From: Trichosphaerium sp. ATCC 40318 | Taxonomy: Eukaryota; Protista; Tubulinea | Direction: 5' to 3' | Assembly: GCA_038496445.1 (NCBI GenBank) | Contig: JALMLS010000590.1 | Location: forward strand, 144,068-208,067 | DNA: 64,000 bases | Shown: one piece after another, positions 11,221 through 25,086 of the stretch | Layout: every line of letters starts with the position of its first letter | Position numbering within the stretch: the first letter of the stretch is position 1 | Notes under the pieces: model-generated | The model's database searches: none | What the model was told of the DNA's origin: nothing | What the model saw: the letters and a program-made list of their open reading frames with translations, nothing else | Translations under genes and position numbers: made by a program

Positions 11221-13721
11221 ATGCGTTGTGTGGGGTATGTATGCTGTTTGACAATTGTAAATTGTGACAAAAGTCGTAGAAGGGTGCAACAGAGGCATAC
11301 TCGCTATCCCTACCAACAGAATGTTAGTACACGACAATATTCGGTAGCTGTCATTTCAAAACCCTACAGGTACTAAAATATGATTTATACGCACTAAGTA
11401 GTTGTCTAATCGAACCAAGGAATGATATACAAGATCACAAAGAAAGTTATTTTCAAACAAACCAATATAACGCACTGAACCGCGTTGGGAAGGTTCTAAA
11501 CGTAAAATCGCTGGACGATTGGTTTAACATTACGCATGAAATGATAACGGCTTACGACCCTTTTATATGCCGAGATACGCGCCTCAGCAAGCTATTACCA
11601 CATATATTCCCAAAGTTCGAGTGGAAAAAATGGAAATTCCGTAGCGAGTACGTCTGCGGACGCATTACCTTTTGGACTCTCTGTTGCGCGCCAAACCAAC
11701 AAGAAAATAGTAACTTATGGATAGGAATCATGCTCCAAAGATATGGGATGATAAAGCAATGCAAAGATCCAAGTTTGAGGACATTGCAGAGAGACTTGGT
11801 ATAAAAACTTTTAGTGATTGGCTTCGCGTTACTCTTTCGGACTTTAGAGCAGTAGACAGCGCTAATATAATAAATACAAGGTACACCCAACATCTCTTTT
11901 GTTCTAAGAATGTAAAGTCCATCAATTTTTGTATTGCTGCGGCTCACAGTCCGTCATGAGAACGCAAGTGTCTCTAATTTTATGACACTTACCGCGTAGC
12001 TTCATTCCTATGCTTATATTAATGATTGAACTGCTTGAAGTACATACGTACCGCGTTTGTTGAACAGCAACATTTTATTTTATTTGTATTAAAATCGTTT
12101 CTTATCATTGCACGTGTAGGTACAATTACTCGGTGTTAAATGCACTTGAAAGTATATACCCTGAAAGAGAATGGCCAAAGAGTTTGGATAGGTATTATAA
12201 AAGGAGCATACTAGAAGATAGATTATCTGACGAAGTGCCTGAGTATGATACAGATTATATTGAAAAACTTGCAGAAAAGTTGGATATAAAAGATGCTAGT
12301 GGATGGCTAAAGTTATCACGATCTCAGTATTTACCCTATGCTCGGTTTTTACTAAAAAAGCACGTGATAATGTTTTATTTATTTAGTAGTTATTTATACT
12401 CGCTGTAGATACGGATCTATGATCAATATTTTGGCGAAGTGTTATCCAAAGCATTTTGTTTCTGGAATGTATGTTACTTTTTTTGGATTTTTTTTTGACG
12501 TTTTCTTGTTAAAGTAAATTGTAGGGGTCTTGATTCTGGTGATACCTTGGCCTTATGTAAGCAAATTTCGAAGGATCATAACATAGAGGATCCCCAGTCT
12601 TGGTATTAATATGAGCTATGAAAGCGAAAGTAAAAATACTTACCGTTTTTTATTGCATAGGTATCGCTTTTCTAGAGATTATTTGAATCACCTCAATTCT
12701 TCGTCTTCCAACAATGGAGCAACGCCAAAAGCACTTCATGGTTTTCCAAGAATATTACAAGTAATGTACCCTGAAGAAAAATGGAATTGGGATATGTTCA
12801 ATAGCTCAGACAAGCGAGGAAAGCAGTGGTGAGTTTTTATGAAAACGCTGATTTTTTTGGGGTTAATCCATGGCACAGAAGGCCTCTTTTTCGGTCGGGC
12901 TCATACGCATTTTATACTCGAACCCCCAAATATCGCTTAGCTCAATTAGTAGAGCATCTGTCTTAAGCACAGATGGTTGTGAGTCTGAATCTCACAGGGA
13001 ACATTATTTTTTTATAAACTTGCTTAAATTATAATTTTTTGACATTTGACACTTTCGATATCATACTAATTTATCAACATAGGTGGTTGCTAAATTGTGT
13101 AAAAAAGATTCTATCTAGTTATGTCGTATTGGAAGACTATGTGCCTGGTATAGAAATAAGTAAAAAGTCAGATATCGAGATTTCTCTTGATATTTTTATT
13201 CCGGAGCTTCGACTTGCTTTAGAGTATCAAGGAGAGCAGCACTATATTGATATACCGTCAAAGTTCGGTCCAACAATCATACGTGAGCGTAGGGACCTTG
13301 AGAAACTGAAACAATGCCAACAAAACGGTAAACGCTGCAAGTCAATTTATCTGCGTTTTCTAATGCTATCAAAATGTAGGTATAACTGTTTTACCTATCC
13401 CTTATTGGTGGAATGGTAATAGCGATGATATTGCAGCTACAATTTTACATTATAGGTATGGCCCACCTCTGCATTTTAGTCGTCTTGTGTGGACTTATTG
13501 CCAAAACTCGATTTTTTTTCTCTTGAAACGAAATACTAACTATTGCTGCGTTTAGGCCTGACCTCTCTGCTGCAATTGGACGCACACACGGCACTCCTCT
13601 TGTTACTCTCAAAGAGAGTTATATTGGTATTCCTTTAAAAGAACACAAAACGTCAGCACAGCATGCTCCTAGTGCTGGCTTACAACAAGTGACTGTCGCT
13701 AATGTAATTGTAAATAATTAA
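11221..13721 (+). CDS. Repeat protein with C-terminal RAP/DUF559-like PD-(D/E)XK domain, possibly mitochondrial
   Basis: Repeated L-x-I-x4-DW...LL-x2-Y-x-S...YPE-x2-W units; C-terminal LDIFIPELRLALEYQGEQHY...RDLEK...IPYWW; Arg-rich, acid-poor N-terminus. Confidence 0.75.
12931..13003 (+). tRNA. tRNA-like element/pseudo-tRNA, anticodon TAA on a short-variable-loop body, intronic
   Basis: D arm GCTC/GAGC, anticodon stem TCTGT/ACAGA with loop CTTAAGC, T stem GTGAG/CTCAC with altered loop TCTGAAT, acceptor stem only 4/7 paired, T-run right after the 3' end. Confidence 0.7.
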
Positions 13722-14031
13722 AAAAAACTTTTTTTAGACTTTTTTTTGTCAATTACAGACGTTTGGAATATGTTTCTAGCTAGGTAGTTGAGTCTTTGCG
13801 TGTTACGATAAGAAAGCCCTATTAACGAGCTGTTATGATTATATTCTAACAACGTAATGTAAATGAATCTATAGAAGGCGTCAAAGGAGGTTTAGTGTTC
13901 GTAGACGGCGTATAAGAGACAAAACTTAATAAATGAAGTTAAGGTTGGTCATTCCGTATCAAAAAGCTATTTCTGCGTTGAGGAATTACTGCTACTCATT
14001 GTACAAGATATCAACTTGTCTGTAGCTTATC

Positions 14032-17000
14032 ATGGCTGCGAAGGTGCTGTTTTTAAAGAAATATTTGGATAAATAGTTTACAAATTCAATACAGGTTACG
14101 CCTTTGAAGAAGGCCATGAGCACTGCTGCGCAAGATTTAGTTTGTACGACATTATTACTGTTTTTAGCTCATTTTGGTTAGCCGTCACAGTCAGCTCCGG
14201 TAGAGCACTTATACATGTACGCGTTGTGGTCCCTCAGAAATACAACGAAGCTACAGTCGCTTGTGAGGTTTGTGAAGTTTGCTATCGTCTAATAGTAGTT
14301 AACTAAGCCTTATATTATAGCATTCGTGTCGTAAGAGCGAGTTTCTCCAAAACCTTAATCAAAACGATTTACCTTTTGACAAGGATAAAGTAAAGTATGC
14401 ATGCGTTAAAACACCTATAATATATATGGTGATCAAAACTAACGAGGTTTTTTACAAAGGGTGTTCGTAGAGCACGATCGGTTTGGTAAAAACGGCTTAT
14501 TTCTATGGGAGGATGCAGATTTATCACTTGGAAGGCTTGTTAATACAAAAGAAAACGATCAGGTACCGTTTCGCGTGAATTATACAATTTTGACGCGAAA
14601 ACTGCCATTTGCAACGCCCAAGCGTTTATTTGGCTATGGCAAGTGCATTTCACGTTGTTGTTCGCTTGTGGAGTGCACACGTGAAGTAAACTTTGGAAAC
14701 CGAACGTGTTAAATGTCAAAAAATGTGACTGACAAAATGTTTCTTCTAGGCTATTCCTTATGTAAATACAATATATCTTTTGGGTATTGGTGATCAAGCT
14801 GTACCGAAACAAAGTAAAGAAGCTCGTAAAAGGAAGCAATGGCATCGTCGTATGAGCAACAAGGCTCTTAAACGGCTAAAACGTAAATCAGAGGTGAGTA
14901 CGACGAATTTTTGGCAGACTTTTCTTTGTTTTCACAGTGAAGAAAAATTCTGTGGATATCAACGAAAAAACTCCGTCCTAAACAGGTTTTTTTGGATTTT
15001 TTTTTTGTTCAGAAAATCAGGACGAAAATAATCCAAAAATAGTTTTGAAGTCCTATAACTATTAAATAGAATAAAAATGTTGGTGGACGCGTTTTTTATA
15101 AAGCTAATGTTTATTTATAGCCTCGAAGTAGTGGTACGAATAGTCTGAAAAATAGTAAAAAATCAGATGCTGGTGGTTTATTCTTTGATCTTGATATCGT
15201 TACTACCATCTTAAACTTCTTGGCTAAGAACCGTGCGCATTTCTCTTCATTAAAATCTTTATTGTGACAATGCTCCAAATCTTTTTTTTTTGATAGTTGG
15301 CGTCAACAAGACACGAAAAAAATGAGATTTTTTTTGTTTATCTTTTTAACTGGTTTGTTAGATTGCGAGCAATATGAAGGTATATTTCGCGTTTCTGGTG
15401 ATAGTGGTGAAATTATGAAAGCGTATAATATCGCTGTACATGACAAAGGAGAAATACCTGATGATACTTCTGTTTTTGTTGCTGGTGATGTATTAAAGAG
15501 ATATCTTCGCGATTTGACTGATCCAATCATTCCACATAAATTTTACTCTCCGTTCATTAGAACGCAACAACGTGCGTTAATATCACTTTACAACATTTAT
15601 GAACACATAATAATATTTATTTTGTAGAGGCTGATCCTACAACATGCTCTCAAACGCTCAAAGAAACACTCAAGTAAGTTGTTTTTTCTGCACATCCTTT
15701 TTTTCGTTTTGTTTATTTTTGTTCCTAGGTTACTTCCAAAAGCTAATTTTCAGGGTATGAAGGCTTTAGTTGGTTTACTTAGAGTTATATCTGATAACTC
15801 GGATATAAGTAAAATGACTATTGGTAATTTGGCGATTGTATTCCAACAGACAATTATGTGGTCTGAAAATGATGTCAGCGAGTTTTTCGCTCATTCCAAG
15901 TTTATTGGTGCACTCATAGAGGCAATGATAAGCCAGAGTGATGACATATTCGAAAAAGATAAATCAGAAACGACCATAAGATTACCAGACCAAGTTGCAG
16001 ATAATCCAACAACAGTGTAAGAAGAGAACCTTTGACAAAATCTATTGCTATTTTTTTTTATGTTAATTAATATTAATTTATCATTATAGTACTAAGACTG
16101 TATTACATCATGAATTGGAGCTTGTTCGAGATTCAACATCTACAAGTACGTATTATGTATACACGTACAAAATTCAATGAGCTTTACTAATGTGGTTGTT
16201 AAGGTGGAAACAGAAATCTTGTACCAACAATTGCAAAGAGAAAATCAAAGCAACTTGGTGAAATTCACGATTGGATGGAGAAGTCTCGTTCTGCACCTAA
16301 TATCGGTTCACCAGATAGTTCTACTAAAAAAGCACCAAAGAAGATGAATACTGTTGGAAACATACCATTAATGGTATCAGCAGATGCTGTCCGTCAAAAG
16401 AAAAAACAACTTCGTAATTCAGAGAAAAATCAAAGGTTTCTGAAGAAGCCTGACACAACCAAACCTCGAACGAATTCTGCAGGTTAGACACCGTAATTAC
16501 GTTTAATGTTTCATTATCTTATGATATATTATAGCACCACTGGTGACAGGTAATCCTAAGGACCTCAGTAGAAGAAATTCAGAAATGGTCGTTGGCGGTA
16601 CTGTAAGTCGTTTTTTATTTGATCTTCCTTAACTTGTATTTTCACTGAAGCCAATATTGTTCCTTACCATCTCTACATAGCGTGCTCTTAGTACAAAGAC
16701 AGGATCTAGAAGAGATAGGTCACGTTTCTCAGCACAAGTGAGAAAGATAAAGTCAATGAGAGAAGAGCCAGAGCCATTAACAAATTTTTCTGCTCGGATA
16801 CCGCCACCTATTGTTGGTAATGTACCCAAGCCTTCTCCTCTAACTGCAGCAACACCTCCACCAACTAGACCATCTTCTCGTCTTGCTAGTAGGCCTTTAT
16901 CGATGCCTATAACAGCCAAGATACCTGCGCCTATATCACTACCGGTTGCTTCACCAATACCGTCTCCTACATCACCACTATCGCCTACAAGCTCGAAAAA

Positions 17001-17860
17001 ACTAAAGAAAACGTACGTCAACGAGTCTTTTCATTTCTTGTTTTTTTTGATTCTTATTGATTTGGTCTTTTTGCTTTAGTTCTAAGCTTCGTGCTGCATA
17101 TCAGACGTTGAAGGATCCTAATGCAAGTATTGCTGATAAACAATCAGCAGCAGCAAAGCTTCATTCATCTGTACAAAAAGGCACGTGAGCATAACATCAA
17201 AACTAAAAAATATCCAAACAATTTTATTTTCTTCTTCTTGTTTTATTTTGGTTCCTTTCTTCGCAGCTACTCTGTCTTAAATTGTTTTTGGTTAATTCAT
17301 TTATAGATCGCGCCAAGGTTTTATCGTTTTTAAAAGGTAGACAAAAGAAGGACAATAAAGGAGTATATGATATGCTCTTTGAAATGCTTGATTTAATAGT
17401 TGCCATAAAAGAAAAGTCACCACGTTCAAAGTCCAAGAAAAAAGGATCGAAAGTAAAGCTTCTTGGTGTTAATAACTCTAAAAAGGACGTTAAAGAAAAT
17501 GGTATAGTCTCAATCGAGACAAAGAAGGTTGGAAATAAGGATACCAAGAAGAGTAAGAAAAAAGATAAATCAAGCTCTTCCAAAACAAAAGACGAAGAAG
17601 TCGATACTGTCGACGATTATGAGAGTAAGAACTCTCCTAACGCTGATAAACAACATTATAATGATAAAAATGTTGAAGAAGAGGCTGAAGAAGTTGAAGA
17701 GGAAGCTGACGAAGGTGAAGATCTTGAAGAAGATGACTCTGACGAAGAAGATGTTGAAGAATCTGAAGGTGAGGAAGACGAACCTGAAAGCAGTTATGAT
17801 CAATCTGAAGTTGATGATATAATGTCAAGTATATCAACTGGACCTCCTTCATCACGTTAA
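14032..17860 (+). CDS. RhoGAP-domain protein with Pro/Ser-rich and acidic C-terminal regions
   Basis: EGIFRVSG (arginine finger), LKRYLRDLTDPII, LLPKANF, KMTIGNLAIVF; exons joined in frame from ATG 14032. Confidence 0.88.
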
Positions 17861-18358
17861 CAACTTTTTTTATTTGTTTTTGATAGAAGACAAACAAAAA
17901 CAAGGTAAAAAGAAAAAAAAAAAAAATGTACAAGAAAAAATGTATTTGTGGATAAGTCAAAGTATATCAGTTTATTTTTATTAAATTTAATTTTACTTGA
18001 AAATAATAGGGTTGTACTACATACATTGTGTGGTGTATGACTAGTACCTAGACAAAAAATGTTAAGGTCAAAATGTGAAAAGTTTGCTCTTTCTCCTATT
18101 TTTGCGTTTGATATCAACTGTTACTTTTAATTGTTATGCAAAAGTGTCGTGGATCAATGATGAAAGGTGAGCATGATAATACAGTTGGGCGATGCTTTTT
18201 TCTAAAACAAAAGAGCACTTGAAAGTTGTTGGTTCTTATATTCATTCATTTTGCTTTTTACCATCGACTCACGTGGTCCTTGAGCAAATAGTACTGTTTA
18301 TTTTCGTGTTAAAGGATGTATTTACAATATATACAGACTTCTCTTGATGATACTTGAG

Positions 18359-19524
18359 CTAACTAGATGGCGATGCCTGTCTTTTTTCATATGGAAAAAC
18401 CTGTAAAAAGGTATAAGACAATACACATGTTTAAGAATAAACATACTGTTGTGCGGACAGATGGGATTAATAGTACGAGGACTATCACAACCAATACAGC
18501 AAAGAGAACAGCAACTATTATACCGCCAATAGCTGCCCCAGATAGAGAGGAAGAATCACTCGAGCAAACATCGAATACCTGAAAAACAACAGATAACCTT
18601 GAAAAAAAAACCATCAGGAAAAAAAACGGTTTTCAGTGTCAGGTTTCGTACGACGTTTCTGAGTATCTTTCTTCAACAGAAGCCCGTTCACAAATACCCA
18701 GACCTTTATAGAAATCAGTTAGATATTATTGATGATGAAATGGATACCACTTAGCCGTATAGAGTCAAATGTTGATGAGTTTCTACAATCAAAAAATAAA
18801 AGATCAAGTTTATTATCAGTTGCATTCTCTCTTTCTACTACCAATTCACCTCCAAGCGTGGCACATCCTACGGTATTCATTATTATTATTTCGATTTAAA
18901 CTTTGTCTTAAACGTACCCTCAACAGTAATTTTGGTAGAGGGGAGCAAACGGATATTGGATATACTGATATTTGTTACGGCAATAATTGTATCTGTCACA
19001 ATAGTCACGTTCGATACTGTATCCGTATCATTTATTCTCCATGATCCAAGCACACATTCGGCATTGGGAGAAGGTTTATCACCATAGCAGTCTACGGCAT
19101 CTAACATAATATTGGTATAAAACTTGGGTTTGGATAAACCAAACTACCTAGTAAACCTTTTTTTGTGTTTTAACGTACTACATATGGTTGTTTCGATACA
19201 AGCTTGCTCAGCACACCAAGAACAATTTAAAGCTAGGTTACATTCAAATTCTGTAGGTAGTATTGGACACCTAGCTGGGCTTCTCATAACTAATAAAAAA
19301 ACGTAACGTTAGTCTTTTCCGTCGTTTTGTAACACGTGTCGCGTACGGCAATCACCTCCACTATTTGTAGTGCATTCCCTTGGGTCCGCACACCATTGAC
19401 AATACGGAGTTGTTTTGTTGTAAAAATCGTTAACGCATTCAACAGGGTTAGTCGTTTGGCATGGTATTTGACAGTTACATGTGTATAAAAGTAGGCCTAG
19501 GAGTACGAATAAGTGGCTTTTCAT
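18359..19524 (-). CDS. Type I membrane/surface protein with Cys-rich ectodomain
   Basis: Signal peptide MKSHLFVLLGLLLYTCNC; CQWC and C-x2-C-x-WC (PSI-like) motifs; TM helix LSGAAIGGIIVAVLFAVLVVIVLVLLIP; short tail VFPYEK. Confidence 0.75.
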
Positions 19525-20149
19525 TTTTATTTTTTCTGAAAAAAAAAAAAGAAGTTTCAGGAAAGTTTCCAGTTAATTTCATGTCTTGCCCGTTAATTTT
19601 CAAGAAAACCAAGAAGTATCTATTAGAGATAATTATGGTGTTTGGCAATATATCAATATATTCCTGTATTTACGAGTAATCTGTCCGCGGGTTAGTCCCC
19701 GCATGGGAACTTTTCGTTGAATGTACAAAAAACAACACGACAAATGACGTCCTACCTGGGAAAATTGTACAGAGTTTTCTTACTTTACCAAAATTACGCT
19801 ACACTCCTGTTTTCTTCTTTTGAATTTTATATTGGCTCACGGAGTGAAAAACACGTGTTTGGTTTTGGTCATTTCCTAGTTAATCATAATCATTGAAGCC
19901 TTCTATTGTCAAGCTCTGTACATGTGTACACTTAGTCGTAGTTAGTAAAGTAGTTATGTTCGTGGTTATAATCAGCTATAGCATTTATAAACAGTATCTA
20001 AAGTCAGACATTTACAATTGCATGAACTTCTACATTAAGTAAGAGCAAACCTTTCATTGAATACATGTCGTTCAGTTGACTTGCTCAGACAATCTAATTA
20101 ACTCCAGAATCAACCCTTTGGATACTTGTCTGTCCGTTGCGCAATAGCA

Positions 20150-20719
20150 ATGTCTACAACTCGCTGTTTTACTGGCGAGAGAAGCCATATGGATTTACAT
20201 CTGCTTCAAATGCCTATTGAGCTTCACTACGCGTTCCTTGAACTAGATTTGGAGACTTTTATTAAATGGCCGCTCCTGTGTTATCAAACAGCAGTTACAT
20301 CAAGATATGATGATAAACTACGTAAGAATGGCCGATTTAAATATGTTACAAAGCTTGGTGAACGTCACAATTGTCAATTCAAGAGTGGGAGAAAAAACGG
20401 CACGTACACTATCCATTTGGCTACCGGAGATATTTATTGGATACGTCATTACAAAAATGGGAGGCTAGATGGCGAAGAAAAAAAGTGGCAAGTCAAATTG
20501 TCAAATCTCAGCTATTTGAGGCTTCATTGCCATTATACTAATGGCTTACTTACTGGAGAGAAGCAACGGTGGCTTTCAGATGGAACTCCGCTCTCTCAAT
20601 GTTTTTACAAAAATGGGAAGCTACATGGTTTGTATAAGGTCTGGATATCGGGTAGAGTGATGGGTACTGAGTACAAAGACGGAAAGAGCCTAGGGAAAGT
20701 AATAAAGGTTCAAGAATGA
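20150..20719 (+). CDS. F-box-like module + MORN-variant repeat protein (family member 3, intronless)
   Basis: LLQMPIELHYAF...WPLLCYQTAVTSRYDDKLRKNG followed by about five MORN-variant repeats. Confidence 0.85.
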   Translation: MSTTRCFTGERSHMDLHLLQMPIELHYAFLELDLETFIKWPLLCYQTAVTSRYDDKLRKNGRFKYVTKLGERHNCQFKSGRKNGTYTIHLATGDIYWIRHYKNGRLDGEEKKWQVKLSNLSYLRLHCHYTNGLLTGEKQRWLSDGTPLSQCFYKNGKLHGLYKVWISGRVMGTEYKDGKSLGKVIKVQE

Positions 20720-22185
20720 TAAAGTACTTACAGCACCAATGTCAACAATTAGTCGTCTTAGTAAAACTTGTTTGACTCAGCTTTGTTTTTGTGATTACAA
20801 TTATATACGTGTGACACGTGCTTTATCATATTGGGAGTTTTCAGTTGGTTCTTTTTTGTATCCTATGCTTCTCAGATATAATTGACTTAAGTACTTACAA
20901 CCATTTTGCACAATTGGTCTTAAATGTAGCCATAGACTCAATAAACAGACATTCATTCATTCATTTTGCACATTTACTGTTTTCAGTGACTTGAAAGCAC
21001 TCATCAGCCTCTTGTGTAATGCCCCAGAAATTGCTATTAACTTTTTATTAAACAAGCAAATATCATCGAACAAAATAAAAAGAGGGTTTGTTGGTGACGT
21101 CCAACATGTTTTTTACCCTCAAAATTTTTGGTTTTCTACTGTTTTTGTCAAAGGGTGACAACATTAGTAAACAGCTGAAAAAGAACTGATTACCGTACAT
21201 GTATTAAGAGAACATAAAATTATGAACACGATAAAGGAAGATAGTGTTGCTACACGGTTCCCACCCATGAACATCTGACCAAACCTTGTCTTCTAAGTTA
21301 TTTAATTTTCGTGCTTGGAAATAAAAAAAAAAAACCTGCTTACATACAAAGAACATGATATTTCACATATCCCTTCCAACCTTTACCTTAAGTGTAAATA
21401 AAGGATGGCTTAGAAGATACATCTAATGTTTAATCATATAACAAATGTCATCACACCTTGTAAAAGCAATACGCAAAACGACTGATACTCTACTCTTTCT
21501 ATCATGTGCTTTTACACTTCTTCAAACAGCTGCCTTTATTAACGTCATTGTATTAACCTACAATAACCAACTCCCAACAGGTACCACAGGAGGTTAAAAG
21601 TAACCAACAACAAGAAAACGCTAACATGCTCTACACAGGATATGAAATTGACCATACCTTATTGTACGTATTCTCTGTTATAGCACTTGTATCTTCGGTC
21701 TTGGGTTTTGTATTGGAGGTAAATGAAAGCTTTAAAACTCGATCTAAATTTGCTGTAGTGCGTCCGAGAATACTTGGTTTTGATTCAGATTACATTAAAA
21801 TACAGCTACATGGATAATATGGTCACAGAAGAAGAATGTAAAAGCTGTAATGTTTGACACTGGAATACGAAATAAATCACGTTTTTCTGTTTATACATAA
21901 TATCTCCTTTTAAGTGCACCTTAATGGCTACAGTGACTTTGCTTATAACGCTTCTTGCAAACCCCTCAGCGTAAATATTTGCGTGCTACAGAACGTAACA
22001 ACCAAGCAGCTCCAATAGCAGCAGAACATAGTTATTTTCTGTCACATAAAAAAAAAACATCAAAAAGTCAAAAAAACCTGCCAGTTGAGGCCATGCTTTG
22101 CAGCCAAGATTCAACGAAATAGAAAGCGCTTTAATACACTTCTACATTTATTATAATAAACAATTATCACTCAAGGCTTAATGGA

Positions 22186-22724
22186 TGGTATTTATGTACA
22201 ACTCAAAGAGCGAGCACAAAGGAACTGAGCTTATTTTTTATGTAGCACTATAACCATAAAAGAAGAGGTAGTCGTAGTGGTACCAAAGGCGTACCATGCA
22301 GTATTGATAACAGATATTGAAAATACATACACAACACCCGAAAAAACCAGTAGATCGCCTCTCAGTTCAGCCTCAGAGCTCAGAAGTAAAAAACGCTCAA
22401 CATGTTATAAAATTGGAAGTGGATTCTTAGATACTTTTTTGTGTTGTTTCAGAAAGACGTGCAGGACTAATAATTTTTTTTTTGCGTTTATGATAGGATG
22501 GGTATTAGGTTGGTTTGCTGCTATACCTTGTTGTTTCGTTGGCTGTTTCTGTGACGACGTTGGAGAAGGTAGAATACGGCGTAAAATGCACGTGAATTAA
22601 TTTTACGTCGTACTGCACGCTAGTGCTCATGCTATTATATAGGTCGTTCTGTTTATGCCTTGGTGTTACCATTCATACTTTTCTTTTTCTCTTGGTTTTC
22701 TTATTTTTGGTTGTTCGCATATAA
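22186..22724 (+). CDS. Small Cys-rich membrane protein of unknown function
   Basis: ORF 22277-22600 with hydrophobic FFFAFMIGWVLGWFAAIPCCFVGCFC plus a short hydrophobic last exon; exon boundaries ambiguous. Confidence 0.5.
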
Positions 22725-22802
22725 ACTTTATTTGGACCACTGATGTTAAAAGCACAAAAAAAAACCCAAAGAAACACAGAAAATAGTAAAAAAAAATTAT
22801 GT

Positions 22803-24905
22803 TTAGTTTATAAATGGTGTTCGTTCTGTAGAGTGTTTCTGTATCTGCTCCTTTATACGTATTCTTCTAACCTCTCTTTGTTCCCATAACTTCCACAGAA
22901 CAACAGCTAAGGAAACAATATAGTTAGAACGTTCAAATAAAGCTATACAATCTATGTAAAGTTCCTTACCTGCAAGCAACAACGCAAGAGCTGGGATTAT
23001 GAATTCAACTTGTACACGTTGTCTTCCAGGTACAGGGAATACTATAAAGTAAATTGCACTATTATTAAGTAAGCTATAGCTCAGTAATAATGAGATGTTT
23101 TATGTTGTTCCTTTATTGTGTTTCTGAAAAAAAAGAGAAAATTACACAACAATCGTGTGTTGTAATCTTACCTGAGAGGAGAGGCAAGGGTCTGTGCAAT
23201 GAGTGTAAAGACAGCAGATTCACCTGCTAATATAGCTGATATTGTATTCGCTGAAATGAAAGCACCTATGAATATGATACCATGCCACCATGTATCTTTG
23301 CACATGGGATATATTTCAAGATCTACTTCATGTAGGAAACACTGCCATGTGAATGATAAATTGGAAAAAAATGTCTTTGGATTAGGGCTAAAAGCATTAA
23401 GCGATAATAAGATGTCAATCAGGTTTGTAAATGGAGTTCTTGAAGAGTTTTAAAAGTAAACAATTATTTTTTTCTTGCCTAAAACCGAAGCCTTTGATGA
23501 AGTCTACCTGAATTGTATTAAGATTTTTAAACCTTATATTAACGTATAAACGTACCCAGAAAAGTAGTAATGCAGTTAAAAGCTGTGCCATGTTACTCCA
23601 GAACAGCATATCGATTAAATCATAAAACATGTCTCCACCTTGTTGAACACGAAATCTCTGTGTTTACCATTAGTACAACTAGTATTATCGCTTGTACGTA
23701 CAAGAAATCGCTCTTGAAATACTGTAGAGAATGCGCCTGGTAGCTGTGCAACCATAAAACCGAAAACCCAAACGATAGTAACTAATACAAGTTAGAAGCG
23801 AAGGCAGTAAAAGTATTTTTCTTTTTTTCTAATAATAATGTTTGATTATTACTAACTTGTTCCATTTACTAGACTTCCTTTCCCCTGGACAATATCAGCA
23901 ACGGTAGGTATCAAGCTTATAACAACACCCCACATTACAAGTATCATCGAAAATATAGGTGCCCACTGACAACTAGAAGTAAAAAAACCAGTAAGCAGTC
24001 TATCGAAAACTCATATCGATTACTATGTGTATTTTGATTTTTCGACTACCCAAATCTTTGATGCAGGAATGCCCCAAATGAACGTTGTCTAAATAATAAT
24101 TCGTCAAGACATTCTATAGTTAACCTACCCATCATACTGTTTGGAGTAGTGTTTGTAATATAGGAGTAACACGGTTCGGAAGAGATGAATAGACAGTGAT
24201 TAACCCATTCAAAGCTTGATACAACAATCAGAAGTGACATAAAAGTAAAGAGCAGCTATGCTTCCAGATGTAACTGGATACCATGGTTTACGTGTCAACG
24301 CCATAGTGTGGTGTTGGATTGAGACATCCAGCAAGCCTAAAACTCACCTAAGAATCCTCCAATACCGAGGTAAGTAAGCCAATATTGACGAAATTGTGCT
24401 GCAGGAGGCCTTCGAATAACCTACAGAAAGTAAGTGATAGCAAATTGACACAAAGGTTCCCAACTTTATAGGCGGCAGTGAGAATAGCGTATACTAATCC
24501 AAAACCAAGGCTAGTTATCAGTAATACAAAGTACGGTCCCGAAGATCGTTCAGAAGGAAATTTACTTAGAAAGAGAGGCAGGCTTACAAGCATTGACGCT
24601 TGTGCTAGTGTGAACACTAACAATGCGTTAGTGTCAATCTTTACTTTGTTTTATCTTACGCAACATTAAAAGCAAAGGCTTAAGCATTGCACTACAGTAG
24701 CGGTACCAACTGTTATCCTATGGGATATTTGAATAAGTACGTCAACGAATACGTTTAGAAAACAAAACCCCCAAAAGCAGGTGTAATTGTGAGTGCATAA
24801 TTCGCGTTAATCACGTGCGATGATATAAAAAAGCACGTGTATTAGTGGTTTTTTTTTTTGTACCTCATTGTTTTCTTCCCTTTCCAAGGAATACTTTGCT
24901 TCCAT
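22803..24905 (-). CDS. CRT-like (chloroquine-resistance-transporter-like, DMT superfamily) transporter
   Basis: About ten hydrophobic segments; GPYFVL, MLFWSNMAQLLTALLLFWVDFIKGFG, FTWQCF...C, ESAVF pattern resembles CRT-like proteins. Confidence 0.75.
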
Positions 24906-25086
24906 GGATTACTAGGTAGCGCGATGTGTCTATTGCCTTTTGGGACAATCTTCGTCTGTTTTATTTTTTTTTCAGATTCGGTTAAGTAACGCTTTGATTT
25001 GAGTGTGCTTAACGAAGCTATCTTGTAGAATTACTACTGTGCTTAGTACTTCACCTACAAGTGCGTTTGTGCGTTTGGAATACAGT

